64,000 nucleotides of DNA. Origin: a virus. The DNA is taken from IMG/VR virus record IMGVR_UViG_3300045973_001103, positions 2,413-66,412 of that record, one strand, 5' to 3'. The position numbers and the translations under genes were made by a program. Numbering within the stretch: position 1 is the first letter of the stretch; the number at the start of each line of letters is the position of its first letter. The notes beneath the pieces are model-generated. The model did no database searches, was not told the DNA's origin, and saw only the letters and a program-made list of their open reading frames with translations. Below, piece by piece: positions 1 to 7,527 of the stretch.

Positions 1-386
1 ACGGCCTTGTCGATTATTTTCAGGCCCTCAAGAAACGTAGGTTCCTTGGTGACGAGCTTAGTGGGCGCCTGCGTACCCGCCGCGATCTGCCGGAACTGTG
101 ACATCCACGCCGGCCCCATGAGCCGGCTGATCAAGCTGGCCGGGATCTCGGCCTTGGTTATGGCCCGATCCTGGGACACCGGGGCGCAGACATGCTGCTC
201 CAGGAACGTGAGGATCTCCGAGATCATCGGCTGCGGCAGGGGAAAATCGGGGCTGGTCCACTCCTCGTACAGGACCCCAGCTTCGCGGGTATACTTCATC
301 ACCAGGCGCAAAGTCATCGTTGTATGTATAAAACCCTCGTTGTCGCACGCGGTGATCGTGAGCATCATCACGGAGCCCCGGGGCAT
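1..386 (-). CDS. hypothetical protein (partial, runs off left edge)
   Basis: Hand-translated open frame MPRGSVMMLTITACDNEG... from ATG at 386, preceded by GGTGAGG SD; no stop before position 1; not in ORF track. Confidence 0.6.
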   Translation of the reverse strand, partial: MPRGSVMMLTITACDNEGFIHTTMTLRLVMKYTREAGVLYEEWTSPDFPLPQPMISEILTFLEQHVCAPVSQDRAITKAEIPASLISRLMGPAWMSQFRQIAAGTQAPTKLVTKEPTFLEGLKIIDKA

Positions 387-474
387 GGGAGCCTCACCAG
401 CCGGCTTCGGAGCCCACCACGGGCAGGATTGGGGCCCTCCGCCCTTGTTTAAATGTACGCACGCAATGCCCGGG

Positions 475-720
475 TTACAGTTTGCGCAATCGCTCATAAA
501 CCGCCTCCATGGTCGAAATCTGCTTCCCGAGGCAGCGGCCCCACACCTGGTAGCTTCTGGCCTCCCTGGGGGTCTTGGCCTCCATCTGGTGGATAAGGGC
601 CTCATAGCGCATCCGCTGAAGATTAGGCATCGTCATGGCGTAACGGACCCGGAAGGTAGCCTGCCAGCTCCCACCCAGCCGGTTCTCATCGCAGATCTTG
701 TTGAAGGCTTCTTCACTCAT
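475..720 (-). CDS. hypothetical protein
   Basis: 81-aa ORF overlapping the end of the upstream gene in a tightly packed leftward operon. Confidence 0.65.
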   Translation of the reverse strand: MSEEAFNKICDENRLGGSWQATFRVRYAMTMPNLQRMRYEALIHQMEAKTPREARSYQVWGRCLGKQISTMEAVYERLRKL

Positions 721-925
721 AAAAAGCGCAGTGCACCTCGCGGTGGACCCCCATCATCGAGCACTCTGTGAACCGGCAGCGCAGACAATGCCGGATCGGC
801 TTCATCCAGAACTGCATGTCCTGCTTGCTGCACACCTCGTAAGTGTGCCCGGGATTCCCGGTCGCACCGGTTACCGCGCCATTGCCGGCGGGGCTGCCCA
901 GGGTAGGTTGCGTTGGGTCTGTCAT
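713..925 (-). CDS. small Cys-rich hypothetical protein
   Basis: ATGA overlap with upstream ORF, AAGGAG SD, CLRC motif. Confidence 0.6.
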   Translation of the reverse strand: MTDPTQPTLGSPAGNGAVTGATGNPGHTYEVCSKQDMQFWMKPIRHCLRCRFTECSMMGVHREVHCAFYE

Positions 926-1119
926 TGGTCTGCTCCTTCGAACATGTATTTTAATTTTGCGCGGCGGTTGCGCGCGGTCTCAATAATATCCTCGTAGCCA
1001 ATGGTCGATTCGCAGGTGAAGCCGCAGTGCGGCACATCGCCAGGCTCGGGCACGTATGTGGCGCCGGGGCATTTATTGCACATGTCCCGCATCTCCTTGA
1101 GGGCTTCCTCAGCGGTCAT
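922..1119 (-). CDS. small Cys-containing hypothetical protein
   Basis: ATGA overlaps at both ends; CNKC...CGFTC. Confidence 0.65.
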   Translation of the reverse strand: MTAEEALKEMRDMCNKCPGATYVPEPGDVPHCGFTCESTIGYEDIIETARNRRAKLKYMFEGADQ

Positions 1120-1340
1120 AAATCCGGCGCCCCAAGATCCTTGGACATCCGAGCGTACTGAATCGCCTTGCGGATAAACCGCAGCTTACCTTTCTGGTCT
1201 TCTGGGAGGCAGGCGAGCGCCGCGGTGATATTGTTCTTCCAGCCCCAGTACAGGTACGGCTGCCGTCCCAGGCGGAAAACCACGGGCGGCCGCGGCGCGT
1301 CATGCCAGGGTATGCCCTCCGGCTGGTTGACCCATTTCAT
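1116..1340 (-). CDS. hypothetical protein
   Basis: Start moved to ATG 1340 (MKWVNQ), which forms an ATGA overlap with the upstream stop and has a GAGG SD. Confidence 0.6.
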   Translation of the reverse strand: MKWVNQPEGIPWHDAPRPPVVFRLGRQPYLYWGWKNNITAALACLPEDQKGKLRFIRKAIQYARMSKDLGAPDL

Positions 1341-1540
1341 TGATCGGCCGCCTCGATATCTCTCATTATACGCCGGTACATCCGGCCCAGCTTGATCCAC
1401 TTCTGGCATTCCCGGCTGTCGTCTTTACTGTCGATGGCCTTGCTGACCGCCTCGCAGAACTTGGCCTCGAGGACGGGCCGCAGCATGGCGTTCCCTAGCC
1501 GGCGGCCGGATTCCCGTGAAGGTGGTGGGAGGATGTTCAT
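1337..1540 (-). CDS. hypothetical protein
   Basis: ATGA overlaps at both ends. Confidence 0.6.
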   Translation of the reverse strand: MNILPPPSRESGRRLGNAMLRPVLEAKFCEAVSKAIDSKDDSRECQKWIKLGRMYRRIMRDIEAADQ

Positions 1541-1902
1541 GGTTTCTTCCTGCAGTGGGTGTCGTAATCTTCGCAGATCGTGTGACCGTTAAGCAAGCGT
1601 ATGTGGTTACATCCGTTGTGGTACTCCGGGCAATATGGCTGCATCCCGGCCGGGTTCTGACAGTACGCCCGGTTGGTACAGTGTTCCGCGGAGCACGCCC
1701 GGCACGTCTTCCCGCAGTTCCCGCAGGTGCCCGGTGGCATGCCGTTGGCCTTGCGCACACCGTCGGAATCCCGGTAATAGCTGCAGTGGACCAGCTCCTG
1801 GGGATTACCGGATAAGTCGCATTCCGGATTGCGGCAGCTGTAGCAATGGCAGATCGGTATCCCCGCGCGTAAACCCATCTGTGTGTCGCAGTATAATTTC
1901 AT
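1537..1902 (-). CDS. Cys-rich putative metal-binding protein
   Basis: 121 aa with many Cys clusters (CHCYSC, CGNCGKTCRAC); ATGA overlap, AAGGAG SD. Confidence 0.7.
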   Translation of the reverse strand: MKLYCDTQMGLRAGIPICHCYSCRNPECDLSGNPQELVHCSYYRDSDGVRKANGMPPGTCGNCGKTCRACSAEHCTNRAYCQNPAGMQPYCPEYHNGCNHIRLLNGHTICEDYDTHCRKKP

Positions 1903-2237
1903 CTGTCAGGCTCCTTGAGTTTGTTAACAATCGGCACCTGGGCCGGCGGATAATATTGCCAGCGGACCGCGTGCATGTACCCGGGGATTCCGCCCTGGTA
2001 CATGGTGCCGCCAACTGGCTCATGCAGCGCGGCGCCAATCCCGTCCACCCAGTAGCTGATCCACGCGCCGCCGGCCCAGCGGCGATACCACTCGTGGTCG
2101 TGGAAGATCATGTCGAGCTTTTCGCGGAACCAGTGGCGCTCGTACGCGTGGCAATGAAGGATCTGTCCCGGGACCGAGTTACAAATATCGGTGCGCGTAC
2201 AGCGGTGGCAGTACAAGATCTTAGTTTTCGGCGTCAT
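1899..2237 (-). CDS. hypothetical protein, paralog of 2234..2542; ends NKLKEPDR
   Basis: N-terminal CHRC; HEWYRRWAGGAWI resembles HRQWYRKFCGGEWI in the neighbour; ATGA overlaps. Confidence 0.7.
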   Translation of the reverse strand: MTPKTKILYCHRCTRTDICNSVPGQILHCHAYERHWFREKLDMIFHDHEWYRRWAGGAWISYWVDGIGAALHEPVGGTMYQGGIPGYMHAVRWQYYPPAQVPIVNKLKEPDR

Positions 2238-2542
2238 CTGTCAGGGTCCTTCAGCATATTCGCCGGCTTCCGCGCCGGGCGCCAGTACTCCCGGTCCTTC
2301 ACCCAGATATTCCCGGTGATGAACACCACGGTCTGCAGGCCCCAGCGCAGCCCGGTCGGCGGCCCGACCATCTGGTGGCAGTTGTACTGGATCCACTCCC
2401 CGCCGCAAAATTTTCTATACCACTGCCGGTGCGCCAGCATGCGGTCGAGGATAACCATGTACCAAACCCGCTTGTACCCGCTACAGGGCGGCCCGGCGCA
2501 GTAGTCCAGCTTCTCGCAGCCGCGACACCAGTGGAAGCTCAT
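2234..2542 (-). CDS. hypothetical protein, paralog of 1899..2237; ends NMLKDPDR
   Basis: CRGC...C motif, WYRxxxGGxWI motif, ATGA overlaps. Confidence 0.7.
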   Translation of the reverse strand: MSFHWCRGCEKLDYCAGPPCSGYKRVWYMVILDRMLAHRQWYRKFCGGEWIQYNCHQMVGPPTGLRWGLQTVVFITGNIWVKDREYWRPARKPANMLKDPDR

Positions 2543-2823
2543 CGGTCAGGGTCCTGTAGCTTGTCGACATACGCCTGGGCCGGCTTCAGCTTATCCACCC
2601 ACTGGTCCATGAACGTCCGCGCGCAGGTGTTGGAGAAATCATGCAGCTGATCCCGCGTCAGGCTCTTGGGCACCCAGGAGCGGTTTCGGCACTCGTCGAA
2701 GATGATCATGCCGATGCTGGCCTGGTAACTCCAGTACCAGGACCCCGGCCGCTTATCCCGGCGGAGCTGCCAGCGGACCCAGCTGACGGCCCAGTACGTG
2801 ATGTTGCCTATGATCCATTTCAT
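2539..2823 (-). CDS. hypothetical protein; ends DKLQDPDR
   Basis: ATGA overlaps at both ends. Confidence 0.7.
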   Translation of the reverse strand: MKWIIGNITYWAVSWVRWQLRRDKRPGSWYWSYQASIGMIIFDECRNRSWVPKSLTRDQLHDFSNTCARTFMDQWVDKLKPAQAYVDKLQDPDR

Positions 2824-2969
2824 CTGTCCGGACCCCAGAGCATGTTGTACTGCGGCCGCCGCAAAATTTGCTCAACGCCCCACAGCTGCTTGACGCAGTA
2901 AATCACCACGCCAGTCCCGCCAACTGCGAAGAAGATCGCTTCCGTCAAATTAGGTACAGGGCTCATCAT
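2820..2969 (-). CDS. 49-aa putative membrane peptide; ends NMLWGPDR
   Basis: Hand-translated MMSPVPNLTEAIFFAVGGTGVVIYCVKQLWGVEQILRRPQYNMLWGPDR; fills the gap exactly with ATGA overlaps on both sides; below ORF-track length cutoff. Confidence 0.65.
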   Translation of the reverse strand: MMSPVPNLTEAIFFAVGGTGVVIYCVKQLWGVEQILRRPQYNMLWGPDR

Positions 2970-3181
2970 TCCTGGTCCCGCTCTTCCGCAGGCACCGTCA
3001 GGTCCAGGGGCGGGCCCACGATCCAGTTCTTACATCCGGCCGGGATGAGCGTGAGCGGAACCACCCGCGCTTTTTCTTCGAGGCCTTTTGAGATCCACCA
3101 GCCGCACGCGGTTGGGAACACGTCCGTACCGGCGGGGCGATTATGGAAGCAGGTCCAGCAGCAGGGGTGTGTATCGCTCAT
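2966..3181 (-). CDS. small Cys-rich hypothetical protein
   Basis: CCWTC...C...C; ATGA overlap. Confidence 0.65.
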   Translation of the reverse strand: MSDTHPCCWTCFHNRPAGTDVFPTACGWWISKGLEEKARVVPLTLIPAGCKNWIVGPPLDLTVPAEERDQE

Positions 3182-4032
3182 CTGTCAGGGTCCCGCAGCT
3201 TGTTGGGGCGGTGGTCTGCCACGCGCATGTGCGCTTTCATCTTGGGCGGCCGGCACCACATGTTCTGGAACTTCTTCCAGGCTTTATCGTACTCCACCGG
3301 TGGGTCGGACTTATACAGCTGTGCGAAGGGCAGGCAGCCGGCGCGGTACAGGGCCTGAAGACGGTTCTCCTCCTCGACCACGTTCTTGCCTATGATCACG
3401 TAGCAGCGGATCTTCCACCGGGGAAAGCCGAATGCGGCCAGGCGCTGAATAGCCACCGCGGTGGTCGTGTAGTCTGCCGGCCGGTCGCAGGCCAGCCAGA
3501 TCTCAGCTATACGCTTGCGGATCTTGGCCAGGTCGGCTACCCTGGACTGGGTGAGGCGGCGCGACTCTATCCCGCCCCGCAGGCATATCTGCCGCTGGGT
3601 CGCCAGCATCGCCATGACCTTACCCCAGTGCTTATCGGACGCCGCCATCAGGTTGTTGTCCTGGATGACGTTGCCCGGCACGATCTCGGGCAGCTCCCGG
3701 AACTTACCCTCAATGCGCGGGACGAAGCAGTAGGAGCAGGCGTTGGGGCAGCCACGGGAAGTGAACACGATCCCGGGGCGCATGTACCGGCCGGGAATGA
3801 AATCGTCCGCGGCCGACAGGAATGCTGGTCCCCCGATCTTCACCACCTGGGCGCGGGTCAGCCAAGCCTTGGCCAATTCATGGGCGCGGTCCCGGTCCCA
3901 GGTGAAAGTGCACGATACATGAACCTCGTCGTAGAACGGGGTGGCCGGGGTGGGCTTATCGAAGTAGGCGTGCTCATCAGTGGGGCAGTAGGAAGTCTTG
4001 CGCGCGAAAACCCGGGCGAGAGGTGTGGGCAT
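3178..4032 (-). CDS. radical SAM protein
   Basis: TSRGCPNACSYC (CxxxCxxC 4Fe-4S motif); start placed at ATG 4032 because the TTG at 4068 is the -35 box of a consensus promoter; ends NKLRDPDR. Confidence 0.85.
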   Translation of the reverse strand: MPTPLARVFARKTSYCPTDEHAYFDKPTPATPFYDEVHVSCTFTWDRDRAHELAKAWLTRAQVVKIGGPAFLSAADDFIPGRYMRPGIVFTSRGCPNACSYCFVPRIEGKFRELPEIVPGNVIQDNNLMAASDKHWGKVMAMLATQRQICLRGGIESRRLTQSRVADLAKIRKRIAEIWLACDRPADYTTTAVAIQRLAAFGFPRWKIRCYVIIGKNVVEEENRLQALYRAGCLPFAQLYKSDPPVEYDKAWKKFQNMWCRPPKMKAHMRVADHRPNKLRDPDR

Positions 4033-4039
4033 GTCGACC

Positions 4040-4068
4040 ATTGTATCAAACTGGGCCGGGTCTGTCAA
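4040..4068 (-). promoter_or_regulatory. sigma70-type promoter for the leftward operon (probably leaderless transcript)
   Basis: TTGACA-17 nt-TACAAT on minus strand; ATG 4032 follows the -10 box after 7 intervening nt. Confidence 0.8.
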
Positions 4069-4089
4069 GCGAGGCCATGTGTCAGTTCA

Positions 4090-4112
4090 TATCAATTTGT
4101 GTGAAATTGATA
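4090..4112. promoter_or_regulatory. operator-like palindrome
   Basis: TATCAATTT-GTGTG-AAATTGATA, perfect 9-bp inverted repeat about 20 nt upstream of the -35 box. Confidence 0.5.
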
Positions 4113-4426
4113 CATCAACCTGGGCCGGCAAGCCCGGGGCATGTACTAATTGGTACTAATTTCCCCCAAATTAGTAGGTGGGCCGGGCATAGGTATTTCC
4201 CAGTTCAACTACAGAATATGCGTTAAACTATAGCAAAATGGATAGATAAACACTAATTTTGCTTGATTTCCGTCAAAAAGGGCCGGAATCTAGCGGAAAA
4301 GGGCCTAATAGGGCCCGGGGCAGCGCAAGGCCCGGAAGGCCGGGGATCGGACCAAACCGCTGGTGGCGGGCCGCCAGGACCACCCTATCGGTCCAAAAAC
4401 AGGCTCCAACCTGGGAAATCGGGCGG

Positions 4427-4676
4427 CACGGAACCACACTTCCGTGTGTTTGAGGGAATGGACAAGGGTGTGAGCCCGAGTCCTGACCTGTATTTCAACC
4501 CCGGATCGGTCTGCTGCCAGCGGCGCTCCGGCTGTTCTCCCCAAGCCGCTGGCAGCTGGCCTCTGGGTGCCATAGGCACTCACATACTTCACTAATTAAC
4601 AACCATGCTCTTAGAAAAGAGAATGGAGCTGCATGGTTGTAAATTAAAGAACTAAAGCCTGTAGGGCTTTAGTTCT
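4427..4676. other. cluster of inverted repeats (candidate structured RNA or origin)
   Basis: Stems 4427-4446 (7 bp), 4513-4556 (12 bp), 4565-4581, 4593-4646 (16 bp, 1 mismatch), 4648-4676 (12 bp). Confidence 0.55.
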
Positions 4677-4787
4677 GGAAGAGGGGAGGGGATGCACAAA
4701 TATTTTCACGCTGGTGCACGAAGATACTCCTCTACTGATGTACATAATAGTGAAACAAAAAAATTTCGCGACAGCGCGCTTCGCGCA

Positions 4788-5126
4788 TTAAAGCGAGGGA
4801 ATATGGGAGATCTGGGAAGGCCAGGCAACTGTCAGCAGCCGGGTTCGGCAATGCGCGCAAAGATAGAGAGGCTTCTCCGCCTTCTGCAGCGCCAGGCCCA
4901 GCTTCGGATGTGGGACCAGGTCGAGCGTGATCATGGTGATGCGCAGGTGGCCGCGGCGCTTCGTCGCCATGTAGAATTTGAAGTCGTTCAGGCGGGCCGT
5001 GAGCACCTTAAACGTCGCGAGGTGCATATGTATCAGCATGTGCCGGCAGCCCCACACCCCGTCATGTATACCAGAAGCCTCGGAGTAGATCGGGATGATT
5101 ATGCGTTTTTGCGATAGCTGTGTCAT
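4788..5126 (-). CDS. hypothetical protein (uncertain)
   Basis: 112-aa ORF just downstream of the leftward promoter at 5166-5194; weak SD; competing + strand ORF. Confidence 0.35.
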   Translation of the reverse strand: MTQLSQKRIIIPIYSEASGIHDGVWGCRHMLIHMHLATFKVLTARLNDFKFYMATKRRGHLRITMITLDLVPHPKLGLALQKAEKPLYLCAHCRTRLLTVAWPSQISHIPSL

Positions 5127-5165
5127 GCTCGTATGGGTAAATTGTCACGATTTTGTAACCCCGAT

Positions 5166-5194
5166 ATGATACCAGCGCGGAACAGTAAAGTCAA
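5166..5194 (-). promoter_or_regulatory. sigma70-type promoter (leftward)
   Basis: TTGACT-17 nt-TATCAT on minus strand. Confidence 0.65.
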
Positions 5195-5209
5195 GACCCC
5201 AGAATTTTG

Positions 5210-5238
5210 TTGACTTTTACGAAACCATTTGATAAAAT
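5210..5238 (+). promoter_or_regulatory. sigma70-type promoter for the rightward early arm
   Basis: TTGACT-17 nt-TAAAAT, followed by GGAGG SD and ATG 5263. Confidence 0.8.
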
Positions 5239-5262
5239 AATCCGCGAAAGAACGGAGGACCT

Positions 5263-5460
5263 ATGGAAGAAACTATCACCAAGTGCGATGCGTGCGGTCA
5301 AGTCATTGGCGGTCGCCGAAAGAAAGTCCGCGTCGTAGATTCGGTTCAGTACTTCTTCCTTCACCAGTGGGTCAAGCTGGACATCTGTCACGAATGCTGG
5401 ATCGGGCTGAAGGCGGTAGCTGCCTCCATCACCCTGGCCAACAAGGCGCGCGGAATTTAA
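5263..5460 (+). CDS. small zinc-ribbon protein
   Basis: CDAC...CHEC; GGAGG SD. Confidence 0.75.
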   Translation: MEETITKCDACGQVIGGRRKKVRVVDSVQYFFLHQWVKLDICHECWIGLKAVAASITLANKARGI

Positions 5461-5468
5461 AGGACAAC

Positions 5469-5762
5469 ATGGCAACTCAAAAATCAGTGAAATCCCTTCA
5501 AGCCGAGATCTCCAAGCTCAACAAGATCATCCACACCCTCAACCAGAAATACACCTTCAAGTACGAAAAGAACCGGCCGATCATGATCGTCCAGATCGGT
5601 GACGCGGCGACCGGCTGGATCGGTGACCCCGAGTCGGTGGCCTTCCTCATCCGTGAGCTGAAGCAGGCGCGCGTCGATGACACGCACAACATCGTCATCT
5701 ACCACTACGCCGCCAAGTTCACGATCGTGCCGGCCTCCGGGCTGCGCAGGACCTTCCCGTGA
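5469..5762 (+). CDS. coiled-coil + portal-clip-like domain protein (paralog of 6284..6673)
   Basis: Start MATQKS at 5469 after AAGGA SD; IMIVQIGD...W...RVDDTHNIVIYH aligns with the 6284 product and the portal segment. Confidence 0.7.
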   Translation: MATQKSVKSLQAEISKLNKIIHTLNQKYTFKYEKNRPIMIVQIGDAATGWIGDPESVAFLIRELKQARVDDTHNIVIYHYAAKFTIVPASGLRRTFP

Positions 5763-6271
5763 GCTACTTCCCCTCCCTCAACTTCATGCAGCTGGGGTTC
5801 TTCGGCAAGAAGGCCCAGGCCGCGGCCGGCGGCGCCCCGGACAATCCGAACGGCTACGCCAACATCAAGCGCTTCTTCGGCTTCAAGACCAAGCCGCTCC
5901 AGGAGCCCACAGAGCTGTTCAATGTCGGCTCCCGCGGCGGTGAGAAGCCTATGCTGCTGCCGGTGAAGCCGCCACCTCCCCCGCCCCGGTGGAAGTGCCA
6001 GTTCAAGGCGGACCTGGAGATGCGCGACAACCGAAACTGCCAGGTCATTATCACTCGCGACTGGGCCAAAGACCAGGACCGCATGACCCAGGAAGAACTC
6101 GAGAAGAAGTACGGGGCGGACTTCAGGCGGTGGTGCGCCACGCTGAAGCGGGAGATCAAGACCAAGAGATTTCATGACAGCGACCGCGCGCTCATCCGCA
6201 CCGCGGATGTCAGCTACGTTTTGTTCAGCATACGGCAGTGGGTGGATGACACCGACGCCGGACCTCGGTAA
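5759..6271 (+). CDS. hypothetical protein
   Basis: GTGA overlap, 170 aa. Confidence 0.7.
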   Translation: MSYFPSLNFMQLGFFGKKAQAAAGGAPDNPNGYANIKRFFGFKTKPLQEPTELFNVGSRGGEKPMLLPVKPPPPPPRWKCQFKADLEMRDNRNCQVIITRDWAKDQDRMTQEELEKKYGADFRRWCATLKREIKTKRFHDSDRALIRTADVSYVLFSIRQWVDDTDAGPR

Positions 6272-6283
6272 GGAGAACTGAAA

Positions 6284-6673
6284 ATGCCCCAGAACATAAT
6301 ATTGGCCAAACTGCGCAAAGACATAGCGGTACGTGATCAGATGATCCGCGCCCGTGACTCATGGGTCAAGGACCGTGACAAGCACATCGCCAACCTGAAT
6401 AAAGGCCTGGCCGAGCAGGCACAGACCGTTATCAAGCTGCGCGCGGACCTGGAGCGCCGGGATAAGGTCATTGAGGCCTACCAGATCAAGAACGAGTTCA
6501 TCTCCAAAGCTGGGCGTGAAACCATGATCGTGAAGGTCGGCTCTGTCGAGCACAAGTGGATGCCGAGCCCTGCGCAGTTCGCCGCGATAACCAAGCGGAT
6601 CAAGAACTCCAAGATCGATGAGAAATACAACATCCTGCTGACCCACGCATTCACCGAGGCGCACATACTTTAA
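6284..6673 (+). CDS. coiled-coil + portal-clip-like domain protein
   Basis: AAGGAG SD; C-terminal 46 aa share 18 identities with portal residues encoded at 37866-38000. Confidence 0.8.
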   Translation: MPQNIILAKLRKDIAVRDQMIRARDSWVKDRDKHIANLNKGLAEQAQTVIKLRADLERRDKVIEAYQIKNEFISKAGRETMIVKVGSVEHKWMPSPAQFAAITKRIKNSKIDEKYNILLTHAFTEAHIL

Positions 6674-7527
6674 TGGCCATCGCGCGCGACTACCAGCCGG
6701 AGTATCAGCCGCCCATTAAGAAGGCGAAGGCGGTCACCAACGGGTGGACCCACGGCGGGCTCATCACGGATCTCTGTGAGAACGTGAACGGCACGGACTA
6801 CATCTGCGGCGAGGTGTACGCCGGCAGCCGCTTCCTGGAGCGCCGGCCGTGCCCTGACGCGCTGCGCGTGCGCATGTCCTACTCCCGGCCGGACTTCGCC
6901 ATCTACGAAATCAAGGTGTCCAGGCCTGACTTCTTGTCGGATCTCCGTTCGGACAAGTGGCAGACCTACCTCCCTTACTGCTCCCGCTTCTACTTCGCCA
7001 CCCCTGAGAAAGGGGTCGCCACGATTGAGGATATCCCTTTCGTAGCCGGCTGGATGGTCCGCGGCGAAAAGGGCTGGCGCACGATCAAGACGCCCAAGGT
7101 GCGGCAGTTTGAGCCGGACTTCCACTACGCCCTGGCCCTGCTCATCAGCGAGCAGAAGTACCGGGTGCGGGCCGAGAACCTGGCGGCAGCCAACCGCAAG
7201 ATGGCACATGGCCATAACGTCAGCTGGAGCAAGAAGGTTATTGATCGCGTGCGCGTCACCGAAGAGGCCATCAAGAATAACTGGGAGTCGCGCAAGAAGA
7301 TCATGTCGGCCAAGGCTGCCATCAAACGGCACTTCGGCATCGACGTGGGTGAATACTGGCGCTTCAACGACATGGATTCCATCTTCAAGGACATGAAGAT
7401 GGGGCTCGACGCGGCCGACGTAACCCAGATGCGTGCGAACCTAAAGATGCTCTCGGGGATTCTTGACCGCGTGGCCGGGAAGGAGAAGGCTCCCGAGACC
7501 ATCGATTGGAACGCCAAGAAGGAATAA
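6673..7527 (+). CDS. MmcB-like PD-(D/E)xK nuclease family protein
   Basis: PDAL...YEIKVSRPDFLSD...KWQTYLPYCSRFYFATP. Confidence 0.75.
   Translation: MAIARDYQPEYQPPIKKAKAVTNGWTHGGLITDLCENVNGTDYICGEVYAGSRFLERRPCPDALRVRMSYSRPDFAIYEIKVSRPDFLSDLRSDKWQTYLPYCSRFYFATPEKGVATIEDIPFVAGWMVRGEKGWRTIKTPKVRQFEPDFHYALALLISEQKYRVRAENLAAANRKMAHGHNVSWSKKVIDRVRVTEEAIKNNWESRKKIMSAKAAIKRHFGIDVGEYWRFNDMDSIFKDMKMGLDAADVTQMRANLKMLSGILDRVAGKEKAPETIDWNAKKE

Larger units (their letters stand above)
1899..3204 (-). repeat. dispersed 27-nt gene-junction repeat (five copies here, a sixth at 18324-18350 +)
   Basis: Copies at 1899-1925, 2234-2260, 2539-2565, 2820-2846, 3178-3204, all ending CC(T/G)GAC(A/C)GATGA. Confidence 0.85.

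Noticed and set aside
2400-2869. 14-bp direct repeat CCGCCGCAAAATTT at 2400 and 2856
   Set aside because: Read in different frames and only two copies; may be a duplication relic or chance.
1899-3204. CRISPR array or integron attC array
   Set aside because: Repeats are about 280-360 nt apart, coding, non-palindromic and degenerate; no cas or integrase gene in the window.
7-4104. Plus-strand ORFs 7..771, 1635..2504, 3088..4104
   Set aside because: Antisense to a tightly tiled, mostly ATGA-coupled minus-strand operon.
6668-6675. CTT TAA as a frameshift site
   Set aside because: The next gene starts in a TAATG overlap in a different frame; ordinary coupling.
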